IMG/VR virus record: IMGVR_UViG_3300025674_007358
Coordinates: 1-47,848 of that record
DNA length: 47,848 bases
Direction: 5' to 3' (one strand)
Origin: a virus
Taxonomy: Duplodnaviria > Caudoviricetes
Shown here: positions 36,666-46,882 of the stretch, in pieces
Layout of the letters: each line of letters begins with the position of its first letter
Position numbering within the stretch: position 1 is the first letter of the stretch
The notes under the pieces: generated by a model
Database searches by the model: none
What the model was told of the DNA's origin: nothing
What the model saw: the letters and a program-made list of their open reading frames with translations, nothing else
Translations under genes and position numbers: made by a program

Positions 36666-37612
36666 AACTCGTTTATGTGACTGGATGTCTAGGCTTTATA
36701 GGCTCGTATGTTACTAGAAAGTGTCTTGAGCGCGGCTGGAAAGTTTACGGCATTGATAAGGAAACATATGTCGCCAACAGGTCTTTGTTACAAGAGTTTC
36801 TTGCTCACGACAACTTTCATTATTTAAATGTTGATATAAAAGACCTAGACCATCTATATGACTGTGACTATGTTATTAACACTGCCGCTGAATCTCATGT
36901 TGGAAACAGTATTATTGATAGCAAAGAGTTTATCAACAGCAATATTGTTGGCGTACAAAACCTTCTCGATCTAATCAAAAATAAGCCCGTTAATTGTAAC
37001 CGTCGTCCAATTTTCTTCCATTTTAGTACCGACGAGGTATATGGAGACATTGTTGAAGGCGAGCACACGGAAACAGATTTGCTTCATCCTAGTAACCCTT
37101 ACTCTGCCGCTAAAGCCGCGGCAGACATGCTTGTTCTTGCTTGGGCGAGGACTTATGACTTAGAATACGTCATATTGCGACCAACGAATAACTATGGTAT
37201 TGGACAGTATCCCGAAAAGCTTATACCTCTGTCTGTTAAAAACCTTATGAGAGACAAAAAGATACGCTTGCACAACGGGGGCACTCCAGTTAGAAATTGG
37301 CTTCATGCAGATGATACTGCGGAAGCCGTGATGGCTATTATAGACTCCGGAAATGTAAATGAGATCTATAATGTTGCCGGTGGATTCGAACAAAAAAATA
37401 TTGAGACAGTATTAAAAGTAATTGACTGTTATCATGAAAGTGATTATAAATGGGAAGAACATGTCGATTTCTCATATTCTCGTGAAGGACAAGATGTACG
37501 ATATGCTTTAAATGATGATAAATTGAGAAACTTAGGGTGGTCTCCTAGAAAAGTTTTTGATGATGAAATTAGGTCCATCGTAGAATATTACAAAAATAAT
37601 TTTATATGGTGA
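36662..37612 (+). CDS. rfbB: dTDP-glucose 4,6-dehydratase-like (RmlB)
   Basis: VTGCLGFIG; AAESHV; STDEVYG; PYSAAK; NNYG..QYPEKLIP; D.RYA. Confidence 0.88.
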   Translation: MKLVYVTGCLGFIGSYVTRKCLERGWKVYGIDKETYVANRSLLQEFLAHDNFHYLNVDIKDLDHLYDCDYVINTAAESHVGNSIIDSKEFINSNIVGVQNLLDLIKNKPVNCNRRPIFFHFSTDEVYGDIVEGEHTETDLLHPSNPYSAAKAAADMLVLAWARTYDLEYVILRPTNNYGIGQYPEKLIPLSVKNLMRDKKIRLHNGGTPVRNWLHADDTAEAVMAIIDSGNVNEIYNVAGGFEQKNIETVLKVIDCYHESDYKWEEHVDFSYSREGQDVRYALNDDKLRNLGWSPRKVFDDEIRSIVEYYKNNFIW

Positions 37613-37615
37613 ATA

Positions 37616-38491
37616 ATGAAAACTGAATGGCACAATGGATTGAAGAAGACCATTATAGGTATACCTTTATCGAAGAAGGCGCCGCGATGGCGCTCATCTC
37701 CACCACGACCAGAATTGCAATTGGCTGACCTGGGTTCACGCGGACCATTTGTAGATGGATTCCGAGATTACGTGAAGGATGAGCAGTTAGCAAAATTAAT
37801 CGAAGGCAAAAGAATCGCTTATGTTTGCCCATCTCCTCACTTGAAAGGAATGAAGATGGGAGAGTATATTGATTCTCATGATCTTGTTGTAAGAGTTAAT
37901 CAGGCATACCACATGCGCGAAGAAGACTGGGAAGATTACGGTCAACGGACTGATATATTGATGAACTGCCTCAACATAAACAAGATCAATGCACTCCGCA
38001 AAAATATGGATTACGCACGCTCATTAAAATATATTGTGTGCCCGATGGTATCCATGTGGGATATTCAGAGAGTAAACGATTTCCTTGACGAAACCGGTAC
38101 ACCATGGCATAATGTATGTGATGGTTATTTGTTTAAAGTATTCAAAGAAGTGGGGACTACTTGCAACACTGGGCTGATGGGTGTCATAACACTTTTAAAC
38201 TATGATGTAAAAGAAGTATACGTTACAGGTATGACCTTCTTCAACATGAACACATTTGGGCAAGTATATTATGGGAAGTATTACGAGGAAGCTCTAAAAA
38301 ATGGTAATTTTAACGAAGCATCAAAAAATATCCCCAATTTTGCAGATCTTCGGATTGACATTCATCAACAAGTTCCACAAATAAATTATTTTCACAAGAT
38401 GGTTTATTTTCACTATGACAGAAAACTCACATTAGATGATTATCTGGAAGAAAACTTTAAAAAAACAATAGGATTGATTAAGAGAAAATGA
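37616..38491 (+). CDS. GT29 (sialyltransferase)-like protein
   Basis: Sialylmotif-L-like IAYVCPSPHLKGMKMGEYIDSHDLVVRVN; motif-S-like NTGLMGVITLL...EVYVTGMTF. Confidence 0.65.
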   Translation: MKTEWHNGLKKTIIGIPLSKKAPRWRSSPPRPELQLADLGSRGPFVDGFRDYVKDEQLAKLIEGKRIAYVCPSPHLKGMKMGEYIDSHDLVVRVNQAYHMREEDWEDYGQRTDILMNCLNINKINALRKNMDYARSLKYIVCPMVSMWDIQRVNDFLDETGTPWHNVCDGYLFKVFKEVGTTCNTGLMGVITLLNYDVKEVYVTGMTFFNMNTFGQVYYGKYYEEALKNGNFNEASKNIPNFADLRIDIHQQVPQINYFHKMVYFHYDRKLTLDDYLEENFKKTIGLIKRK

Positions 38492-39627
38492 AGACAGTAG
38501 CAATGATTCCTGCTCGCATGGGCAGCACTAGAATTCCAAAAAAGAATATTCGATTGCTAAACGGTGTTCCAATGATAAGCTATATTATCAGGGCAGCAAA
38601 AGCAGCAAACTGTTTTGATGAGATTTACGTTAACTCTGAATCAGACATCTTGGGCAAGATTGCGCTTGAAGAGGGAGTAAAGTTTTATAAAAGGCCAGAT
38701 GCGCTTTCTACGAATCGCGCAACAAACGATGAGTTTACAGCAGACTTTATGAACAATATTGACTGCGATGTGCTTATTCAATTGCTACCGACCTCTCCTT
38801 TTATATCAAAAGACGATATTGAAAGCTTCACCAGAAAGATGATTGATGACAACCTAGATACACTTATATCTGTTACAAACCAGCAAATTGAATGTGTATA
38901 CAACGGTAGTCCGATTAACTTTGATCAAAAGAAACTGTCTCCTCCCTCGCAAGACTTGACACCAATTCAACCTTATGCGTGTGGATTGATGGGCTGGAGA
39001 ACTGAAAATTATATGAACAATATGAGTAAATATGATTGCGGATACCATGGTGGAGATGGAAACATCGGATTTTACACACTTGATGGTTTTGCAATTGTTG
39101 ACGTTGATAACGAAGAGGATTTCCAGCTAGCAGAAGTTGTTGCACGTTCACTATCCTCTGAACAGTATGCACCACAATACTATGGCGAGGAACACTCGGA
39201 AGTTGATGTTCCATCAATCTTAGCAAAGGATGGGGTGATGAATAATAACTTGCATGATGCGAATAAGGAGATCGTCAGTGTTAACGATATCAGAGCGTCT
39301 TTTGATAGTAGCACATCGTGGAGCCACAGAGTAGTCAACACCGAAAACAACAGTGCTACCATTATTCACCAACAGCCCGGACAAGGAAACCGTCGCCACT
39401 ACCACCCAGATTGGAATGAATGGTGGTTTATTATTGACGGAGAATGGATTTGGGAGATTGCCGGCGAAAAGAAATTAATCAAAAAAGATGACATAGTATT
39501 CATCCAGAAGGGAGTGGTTCATAGGATTGAAGCCACCGGAGACAAGCCTGCAATCAGGCTTGCGGTCAGCAGGGAAGATGTCGCACATGTTTACCCAGAT
39601 GGAGATATGGAAAATGTCGAAAAATAA
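38488..39627 (+). CDS. acylneuraminate cytidylyltransferase (NeuA-like) fused to a cupin domain
   Basis: IPARMGSTRIPKKN; PTSPF; DVDNEEDF; cupin HYHPDWNEWW...GVVHRI. Confidence 0.88.
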   Translation: MKTVAMIPARMGSTRIPKKNIRLLNGVPMISYIIRAAKAANCFDEIYVNSESDILGKIALEEGVKFYKRPDALSTNRATNDEFTADFMNNIDCDVLIQLLPTSPFISKDDIESFTRKMIDDNLDTLISVTNQQIECVYNGSPINFDQKKLSPPSQDLTPIQPYACGLMGWRTENYMNNMSKYDCGYHGGDGNIGFYTLDGFAIVDVDNEEDFQLAEVVARSLSSEQYAPQYYGEEHSEVDVPSILAKDGVMNNNLHDANKEIVSVNDIRASFDSSTSWSHRVVNTENNSATIIHQQPGQGNRRHYHPDWNEWWFIIDGEWIWEIAGEKKLIKKDDIVFIQKGVVHRIEATGDKPAIRLAVSREDVAHVYPDGDMENVEK

Positions 39628-40423
39628 AACAATATTTATAATTGGATCTGGGCCCTCTTTAAAACAAATTGACATGAGCTTACTGAAAGACAAAGACACT
39701 TTTAGTATGAATAGACAATATATTGCTTATGAAGACTGGGGGTTTTATCCAACTTATTACGCAATGATTGATCGTAATCTTATTAAAACCGTGTTTGCAG
39801 ACGATGTTGAGCCAAATATGATAAACAATGATAAATGTAGTATCAGTAAATATATTTTTTCAAACAACTACCAAACTGGACTTACCAACCTCGACAAATA
39901 TCAAGATCCTCCGTTTGATTGTAAAACAAATGTTATGGTGGTTGAAAGACTTTCAAGTGTGTTTACTGAAGAAAAATTAGAGTTCCTCAATAATAGAGAA
40001 AATAATAAATTTTCAATTTTGGAAGGCAAAACCATAGTTCATACCGCGGCATATGGGAATTGTGGAGTATTTGCTACAGCTATGTCTGTTTTAATGGGGT
40101 ATGAGAGAGTTGTCTTACTTGGGGTGGATCTAAAATATGTTGATTGGAAAGAAAGCGTAGAATCCGGAGAGGACCTGTCGCACTTCCATCCAAAGTATTT
40201 TGATGTAGAGTCATTTAATGAAAGCAGAACTCATGGGCCGCCTTCTCGCGAAAACATTACTACTGAGCCGTGGGAGAAAGTAATCAGTTTACTAAACGAA
40301 GCATTCTCCGAAGCCGGCCTTATTCCACCAGAAGTTATATCTGCTACCCCCGGTTCACCTCTTAACTCAGTGTTTAGATATATCCCTTTTGATGAAATCA
40401 TAAGAGAAGAAAATGAAGATTGA
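39614..40423 (+). CDS. Maf/DUF115-like (CstII/GT42-like fold) putative nonulosonate transferase
   Basis: IIGSGPSL...SMNR; MGYERVVLLGVD; SHFHPKYF; start re-called to ATG 39614. Confidence 0.7.
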   Translation: MSKNKTIFIIGSGPSLKQIDMSLLKDKDTFSMNRQYIAYEDWGFYPTYYAMIDRNLIKTVFADDVEPNMINNDKCSISKYIFSNNYQTGLTNLDKYQDPPFDCKTNVMVVERLSSVFTEEKLEFLNNRENNKFSILEGKTIVHTAAYGNCGVFATAMSVLMGYERVVLLGVDLKYVDWKESVESGEDLSHFHPKYFDVESFNESRTHGPPSRENITTEPWEKVISLLNEAFSEAGLIPPEVISATPGSPLNSVFRYIPFDEIIREENED

Positions 40424-41129
40424 TTTTGAAAACAAAAAAGTCCTTGTCACGGGTGGAACCAGAGGCATTGGTAGGCAGATTGCCAAAGATATGCTAGAAC
40501 TCGGTGCGGATGTTACTATCACTGGACGAAGCCCTGAAGTCGATTTCACAGGTGTGGAATATATGCAGGTAGACTTTCTGGATGACGACAATACAAATAG
40601 GTTTATTGAAGAAATTTCAAACCGAACATACGATGTCTGCATAAACAATGCTGGGATAAATAAGATTGATTCATTTTGTGATGTTGAACGAGAGGATTGG
40701 AACAACATTATGAAAGTTAACTTAACGGCCCCATTTCTTGTGCAGCAGGCAGTTGCTCCAAGCATGATTAAGCAACGCTACGGCAAAATAGTGAATATAT
40801 CCTCTATATGGGGTTCTATCAGCATTGCTGAGCGCGCCTGCTACTCTACCAGTAAGTTTGGCTTACGAGGTCTTACACTAGCCTCCGCGGCTGAATTAGC
40901 GCAATTTAATGTACTTGTTAACACTGTGTCGCCCGGATTTACACTGACTGACTTAACTCGGCAAGTACTTGGTTCAGAGAAAATGCAGGAAATATCACAA
41001 AACATTCCCATGGGCCGCATGGCAGAACCAGAAGAGATTTCAAAAACAGTTTTATTTGTAGCAAGCGAACTGAACTCATACATCTCAGGTCAAAACATAA
41101 TTGTTGATGGTGGGTTTGTAAATGTTTGA
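40413..41129 (+). CDS. short-chain dehydrogenase/reductase (FabG-like)
   Basis: TGGTRGIG; NNAG; YSTSK; VSPG. Confidence 0.92.
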   Translation: MKIDFENKKVLVTGGTRGIGRQIAKDMLELGADVTITGRSPEVDFTGVEYMQVDFLDDDNTNRFIEEISNRTYDVCINNAGINKIDSFCDVEREDWNNIMKVNLTAPFLVQQAVAPSMIKQRYGKIVNISSIWGSISIAERACYSTSKFGLRGLTLASAAELAQFNVLVNTVSPGFTLTDLTRQVLGSEKMQEISQNIPMGRMAEPEEISKTVLFVASELNSYISGQNIIVDGGFVNV

Positions 41130-42195
41130 GATTGATTCACTGAAGATTAAGTCATATCGAAGAGAATACACAGTGGATTTCTGCAATCTAAACAAAGAAC
41201 TATTGAGTTCCTATGATGACAGTACGCGCATCATAATCGATTCAAATATATACAAGAAATATCCTATATTTAAACAATACTTTGATGCATCAAATATGTA
41301 CATCATCGAAGCAAGCGAACAAACAAAAACACTCAAAACTTGTGAAGAAATAATAAGTTTTTTGATTTCTAGCAATTTCAAGAGAAACCATAAGTTATTA
41401 GCAATTGGCGGCGGTATAACTCAAGATGTTACTGCTTTTACTGCATCTGTTATTTATCGCGGTGTTGAGTGGGAGTTTATGCCTACAACATTGCTTGCCC
41501 AAGCAGACAGTTGTATTGGGAGTAAGAGTTCTATAAATTTCTTAGACACAAAAAATTCATTAGGGACGTTCTATCCACCATCTTATATTAACTGTTGCCC
41601 AGAGTTTTTGAAGACACTGAGCACTGATGATATTAAGTCTGGTATCGGTGAGATACTACATTATTATCTGATTGAAGATAGTCAACTTATTCTTAATTTT
41701 GTTAGCGATTACAATAACATATTATTGGATCCTGTGCGTCATTTATCTAAATATGTTGCTGAGAGTTTGAGAATTAAAAAGAATATGATCGAGAGAGATG
41801 AGTTTGATCAAAACGAGAGAAGGGTCTTTAATTACGGACACACATTTGGTCATGCGATTGAATCGATAAGCAATTATCGAATACCCCACGGTCTTGCAGT
41901 GACTATTGGTATGAATTTGGCTAACTATGTTTCACTCAGAAAAGGCTTTATCAACAAAAATGAATACGATCAATTGCATTCAGCAATAGTGATGAACCTG
42001 ATTGATTACAGAGTTCCTGCAAACTTACAAGAAGAATACTACTCTCTGTTGATGAAAGATAAGAAAAATGTTGGCAATTGTATAGTTTGTGTGTTACCTT
42101 ATGGTATCGGAGACATACGAGTAACAAAAATCACCGATCATCGAGAACTAAAAAATATCATCCACGAATACATGTCGGGTAATTTATGTCTATAG
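41122..42195 (+). CDS. sugar-phosphate cyclase (3-dehydroquinate synthase family)
   Basis: GGGITQD; PTTLLAQADSCIGSK; KN; NYGHTFGHAIES; PHG; DKK. Confidence 0.88.
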   Translation: MFEIDSLKIKSYRREYTVDFCNLNKELLSSYDDSTRIIIDSNIYKKYPIFKQYFDASNMYIIEASEQTKTLKTCEEIISFLISSNFKRNHKLLAIGGGITQDVTAFTASVIYRGVEWEFMPTTLLAQADSCIGSKSSINFLDTKNSLGTFYPPSYINCCPEFLKTLSTDDIKSGIGEILHYYLIEDSQLILNFVSDYNNILLDPVRHLSKYVAESLRIKKNMIERDEFDQNERRVFNYGHTFGHAIESISNYRIPHGLAVTIGMNLANYVSLRKGFINKNEYDQLHSAIVMNLIDYRVPANLQEEYYSLLMKDKKNVGNCIVCVLPYGIGDIRVTKITDHRELKNIIHEYMSGNLCL

Positions 42196-43355
42196 CACGA
42201 AGCACTAAATTTAATATTAAGGTAGATTTTGAAAAAAGTCACGATTCTTATCTGTTTGACAAAAGAACACAGAGAGAATATCTAGATTTTTTTGGGATGT
42301 ATGCCTCGTTGCCCTTGGGTTATAGTCACCCTATATTCTCCACACCGGAGTTTATAGAAGAGTACTTGAGAGTATCAAAATATAAGATCAACAACTGTGA
42401 GTTTGTATCGGATGAGACTGAAGAATTTGATAGAATGTTTAGTGAATATGCTGGAAAGGGTCGCTTCTCACATTTTCACTATTCCTGCACAGGAGCACTA
42501 GCGGTTGAAGCAGCAATCAAGACATGCCTACAGTACAAAAAATACCACACCTTAAATGTCGTATCTTTCAACAACAGCTTTCACGGTATAAATGGTTATG
42601 GCGGTTTTGTGACTTCAAGGTTCCCCGGCGCCGATGCTAGATTAGATGGTCTTCCAGAGGCTTACTCGACAAAGATATACCCAGATATTAGAGAAGTACA
42701 CAGGACCCTTGGGAGAACCGACGTTACCTGCTTGATTGTTGAGCCTATACAATGCAGTGCCGGAGATGTCTACTTTGACAAGCAGTTTTTCCAAGCCCTA
42801 AGAGAGGCATGCACCAAACATGACGTTCCTCTTGTGTTTGATGAAATTCAAGTTGGTTTCGGAGGCACGGGTAAGCTTTGGTACTACGAACATTTAGGTA
42901 TCGAACCAGACATTGTTATATTCGGCAAGAAAACACAACTTTCTGGGATTATGGCACAAGAAAAGTACGGAGAGATGTTCAGCGCACAAAACTCTATCAG
43001 GCTTGAAGTTACTTGGGATGGTGATATATCTGATATGGTAAGATGCAAATATATTATGAAAGCATATGAAGAAGACAACATACTGGATAATGTAAACAAA
43101 CAAAGTAACACTTTGGTCCATGGGTTATCTGATATAGATGGAATACTAAATTTAAGAAATTGTGGATTAATTATAGGATTTGATTTACCAAATTCTCAAA
43201 AACGTGATATATTGGTAGAAAAGTTGTATAAAAACGGACTAATTTGTAACAAAACGGGTGTTAGATCGATCAGATTAAGACCAAATTTAAATTTGAATGA
43301 GAATGAGGTTGACCACGCACTCCAAATTTTTAAAGGAACAATGGAACAATGTTAA
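42186..43355 (+). CDS. class-III PLP aminotransferase (lysine 6-aminotransferase-like)
   Basis: GALAVEAAIK; FHG; VEPIQ; FDEIQVG; DIVIFGKK. Confidence 0.88.
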   Translation: MSIARSTKFNIKVDFEKSHDSYLFDKRTQREYLDFFGMYASLPLGYSHPIFSTPEFIEEYLRVSKYKINNCEFVSDETEEFDRMFSEYAGKGRFSHFHYSCTGALAVEAAIKTCLQYKKYHTLNVVSFNNSFHGINGYGGFVTSRFPGADARLDGLPEAYSTKIYPDIREVHRTLGRTDVTCLIVEPIQCSAGDVYFDKQFFQALREACTKHDVPLVFDEIQVGFGGTGKLWYYEHLGIEPDIVIFGKKTQLSGIMAQEKYGEMFSAQNSIRLEVTWDGDISDMVRCKYIMKAYEEDNILDNVNKQSNTLVHGLSDIDGILNLRNCGLIIGFDLPNSQKRDILVEKLYKNGLICNKTGVRSIRLRPNLNLNENEVDHALQIFKGTMEQC

Positions 43356-43954
43356 TAGATTTTGAAAACATCGAGGACAAGTGTAACGCCGCAGCCGCTA
43401 GCGACGAATATGCTATTCTGGTGGAAAAAGTAAACAATGCTAAGAAGATATTTCTTATTGGTAATGGCGGGTTACACTATGTTGCGAGTCATATGGCAAC
43501 AGATTTATCACGACTGATACCTAATAAAGCAGTCTATTCCTTCGACAGTGTTGGGTTTATTACATCCAACGCTAACGATCATGGATATAACCAGATCTTT
43601 ATCAGGTGGTTGGAGACAATCGCAAGTGTTGAAAATCCAGAGGAGTGTTTAATTATTGGGCTCTCATGTTCTGGTAACTCTGGAAATGTTATCGACACAC
43701 TACACTGGGGTGAAGACAAAGGATTTGCTACATTTTTGATTAGTGGCGCTGATTCCGAGGTATTGAGAGACGACATCGATGAGTTGCCGATTAAATGCAA
43801 TTATTTCCACACTGTAGAAGTATCTATTCTCATGATTTTCTACGATCTTATTCATCGAACAGGTAACCATTGTCCATCGATTAGGCAAGAGAAAGACAGA
43901 CTCGCAGATTCCCCACTAAGAAAATCAACCGAGGAATCTTGGGAGCCACTTTAA
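43349..43954 (+). CDS. SIS-domain sugar-phosphate isomerase (GmhA-like)
   Basis: IGNGG..ASH; T..AND.GY..IF; SCSGNSGNV. Confidence 0.8.
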   Translation: MLIDFENIEDKCNAAAASDEYAILVEKVNNAKKIFLIGNGGLHYVASHMATDLSRLIPNKAVYSFDSVGFITSNANDHGYNQIFIRWLETIASVENPEECLIIGLSCSGNSGNVIDTLHWGEDKGFATFLISGADSEVLRDDIDELPIKCNYFHTVEVSILMIFYDLIHRTGNHCPSIRQEKDRLADSPLRKSTEESWEPL

Positions 43955-43980
43955 GTGAAAGACAAAAAGGATAAGCCTGG

Positions 43981-44877
43981 ATGACGACTGTGGTAACCGG
44001 AGGTAGCGGTTTTCTTGGACGAAGACTTAAGTTGTCGAAACCAGACTGGACTTACATCTCTTCTAAAGACTGCGACCTAACCAATCCCGAACAAGTAAAG
44101 CAACTATTCGGAGACACAAAGCCAGATGCTGTTTTGCATTTGGCTGCACGTGTTGGTGGCATCAAAGACAACATAGAAAACCAAGCAGACTTTTATCACA
44201 TTAACACAATGATGAACACAAATGTTATTCATCAGGCGTACAAGGCTGGTATTCCTCGCGTTCTTTCATCTTTGAGCACATGCGCGTTTCCAGAAGAAGT
44301 AACGTTCTTTCCGTTTGTTGAAGAAGAATTTTTCAATGGTCCGCCAACAATAACAAACTTTTCATATGGAATGACGAAGAGAATGCTTCACGTATCGTCT
44401 TGCGCTTATCGTGAACAATATAATATGAACTATTCTACGTTTTGTCCGTCAAACATATATGGACCAGAAGACCATTTCGGAAGTCAAGCATCACACTTTG
44501 TAGCAGCACTTATACACAAAATATACAACGCAACTGATGGTGATATCGTAGAGATGTGGGGAACTGGAATGCCTTTACGACAACAGTTGTATGTTGATGA
44601 CCTATGCAAGATCATTCCTATATTACTTGAAAAGCACAACACTAGCATTCCTTTGATAGTTGCACCAAATGAAAACCTTTCTATCTTGGAAATGACCAGA
44701 ACTTTGGTTGAACAAACAGGCAAAAATGTGAGAACATTATTTAATGGGAATATGGATGGACAGTTCCGTAAAGACGGTTCCAACGGTCGTCTACTAGAAC
44801 TCATAGGACCATTCGACTTCACTAGTTTTAGAGATGGAGTACACAAAACATACCAATGGTATTCGGAGAATAAATGA
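43981..44877 (+). CDS. fcl: GDP-L-fucose synthase-like
   Basis: TGGSGFLG; HLAARVGGI; STCAFP; YGMTK; WGTG..LRQ. Confidence 0.88.
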   Translation: MTTVVTGGSGFLGRRLKLSKPDWTYISSKDCDLTNPEQVKQLFGDTKPDAVLHLAARVGGIKDNIENQADFYHINTMMNTNVIHQAYKAGIPRVLSSLSTCAFPEEVTFFPFVEEEFFNGPPTITNFSYGMTKRMLHVSSCAYREQYNMNYSTFCPSNIYGPEDHFGSQASHFVAALIHKIYNATDGDIVEMWGTGMPLRQQLYVDDLCKIIPILLEKHNTSIPLIVAPNENLSILEMTRTLVEQTGKNVRTLFNGNMDGQFRKDGSNGRLLELIGPFDFTSFRDGVHKTYQWYSENK

Positions 44878-45860
44878 GCAAACAAAAGAAAGCATTAGTA
44901 ACAGGCGCCACGGGTCAAGACGGCTCGTATTTGGTCGATCTGCTACTAGATAAAGGCTACGAGGTTGTAGCAGTCAAAAGAAGAACATCGCTTATCAGCA
45001 CAGATAGGATCGATCATGTATTTTCAGACTTAGAAAAGATGGACAATTTTAGTTTAGTTTATGGAAATATGATTGATGCTGGAAACATCCATCGCCTACT
45101 TCTGGACCACAAACCAGATGAAATCTACAACCTAGCCGCCCAGTCGCACGTCCGAGTCTCATTTGATACACCAGAGGAAACTGCTGAGATAGTTGGTATG
45201 GGTACTCTTAGGCTTTTAGAGGCAGCCAGAAACATTTGTCCTGATGTGAAGATCTATCAAGCATCGTCCTCCGAGATGTTTGGCGACAACCCAGAGAACC
45301 CACAGTCAGAAGCCACACGTTTGATGCCTGCTTCGCCTTACGCTTGCGCTAAGGTGTTTGCCCATAACCTTTGTCGAAACTACCGAGAAAGTTATGGTAT
45401 GCACATTTCTAGCGGTATTCTGTTTAACCACGAGTCCCCCCGCCGCGGCGAAACATTTGTAACACGAAAGATCACAAAGGCTGCTGCTCGTATTCGTCTA
45501 GGACAGCAAGATAAATTATATCTTGGTAACCTTGAAGCCAAGCGCGACTGGGGTTTTGCAGGCGACTATGTGGAAGCAATGTGGCTAATGCTACAACAAG
45601 AAAACCCAGATGACTATGTTATTGCAACTGGCGAGACGCACACTGTTGAAGAGTTTCTTCACGAAGTGTTTGACTATGCTGGTTTAGACGTTTCTAAATA
45701 CGTTGAGATAGACGAGAGGCTGTTTAGACCTCACGAGGTACCTCTTCTGCTAGGAGACCCCACAAAAGCCAAGGAACAGCTTGGATGGGAACCAAAAGTC
45801 AAGTTCAAAGAACTGGCTAGGATGATGTATGACGAAGACCTCAAAGCCAGCGCAAAATAG
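44874..45860 (+). CDS. gmd: GDP-mannose 4,6-dehydratase
   Basis: [11 protein letters not shown]; YNLAAQSHV; QASSSEMFG; [17 protein letters not shown]; RDWG. Confidence 0.96.
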   Translation: MSKQKKALVTGATGQDGSYLVDLLLDKGYEVVAVKRRTSLISTDRIDHVFSDLEKMDNFSLVYGNMIDAGNIHRLLLDHKPDEIYNLAAQSHVRVSFDTPEETAEIVGMGTLRLLEAARNICPDVKIYQASSSEMFGDNPENPQSEATRLMPASPYACAKVFAHNLCRNYRESYGMHISSGILFNHESPRRGETFVTRKITKAAARIRLGQQDKLYLGNLEAKRDWGFAGDYVEAMWLMLQQENPDDYVIATGETHTVEEFLHEVFDYAGLDVSKYVEIDERLFRPHEVPLLLGDPTKAKEQLGWEPKVKFKELARMMYDEDLKASAK

Positions 45861-46083
45861 TAAATTTTCCAAAGGACAACTTATTACTTGGCACGAAAGA
45901 TACGCTGATGGTATTGCTATCAAGAATGTCGGTGTTGGGGTAATAATTGATATTAAAGAATACTCATACAATTCACCCGATGGGAGTGTGTTTGAGTATA
46001 CAAATTTTGAAGTATACAGAAACGAATTTAATGATATAATAACGTTAAGTGAATACGATATACAATCTTTACAGGAGAAATAA
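45829..46083 (+). CDS. SH3/KOW-like small protein
   Basis: FSKGQLITW...VGVIID...FEVY pattern. Confidence 0.55.
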   Translation: MTKTSKPAQNSKFSKGQLITWHERYADGIAIKNVGVGVIIDIKEYSYNSPDGSVFEYTNFEVYRNEFNDIITLSEYDIQSLQEK

Positions 46084-46084
46084 G

Positions 46085-46291
46085 ATGCATTTATCAAATC
46101 AAGCCCTTGGAGCTATTATGATGGCGCTCCAAGAGTCACTTTTAAACGAGTTGGACATTGTTCCAATTTTGAGCGGTTTCAAGTTAACTGAGACAGATGG
46201 TGGTCTCGTTGTAGAAAACCCACCAACTGTTAGAGTTAGCGATAACTCAGCCATCACCGAAGAAGACCTCGAAAAACTGGCACAACGATAA
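46085..46291 (+). CDS. hypothetical protein
   Basis: AGGAG SD then ATG 46085. Confidence 0.7.
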   Translation: MHLSNQALGAIMMALQESLLNELDIVPILSGFKLTETDGGLVVENPPTVRVSDNSAITEEDLEKLAQR

Positions 46292-46551
46292 TGCCAATTT
46301 TTAAGTATAATTGTGAAAAGTGTGAAGAAATCACAACCGTCATGCACATGATAGGAGACAATTTGCTTACTTGTCCTCATTGTAATGAGGAGGGTCACAT
46401 GACCCGTTTGCTTAATAAGCCTTACATAACCAAGAAAAAAGAAAACCCAAACAATGTTGGGGACTTAACTAAGAAATTTATTGAAGAGAATAGAGAAGTC
46501 CTCGAACAACAAAAGAAGGAAATAAAAGAACAAACATATGACGAGTCTTGA
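46291..46551 (+). CDS. FmdB-family zinc-ribbon protein
   Basis: MPIFKYNCEKC...CPHC. Confidence 0.8.
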   Translation: MPIFKYNCEKCEEITTVMHMIGDNLLTCPHCNEEGHMTRLLNKPYITKKKENPNNVGDLTKKFIEENREVLEQQKKEIKEQTYDES

Positions 46552-46882
46552 AATCATATTATCAGCAATACTTTTATTGTCCATCGGTTTAAATGGGTTT
46601 CTTGTTTATTACGTCAGAAACGCTATTGTCCGTCTTTTGTCTATATCCGAAGAGATGTATGACTTCAAGACAATGACGGACAACTTTGCGACACACTTAG
46701 AACAAGTTTACGAACTTGAAATGTTCTACGGAGATGAAACACTTGGGGGACTTATGGAGCACGCAAGGTCCTTTAATGAACAATTAGAGACCTTCGAATA
46801 TATTTATGGACTAATTGAAGAAGATGCCCCAAACGAAACAGACGACGCAGCAGACACCGACACCGAAGAAGAAACGTCGTAA
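46538..46882 (+). CDS. membrane-anchored hypothetical protein
   Basis: N-terminal TM helix, acidic tail. Confidence 0.7.
   Translation: MTSLEIILSAILLLSIGLNGFLVYYVRNAIVRLLSISEEMYDFKTMTDNFATHLEQVYELEMFYGDETLGGLMEHARSFNEQLETFEYIYGLIEEDAPNETDDAADTDTEEETS

Noticed and set aside
41122-42195. Shikimate-pathway aroB
   Set aside because: No other aro genes, altered motif residues and glycan-cluster context; gene symbol withheld.
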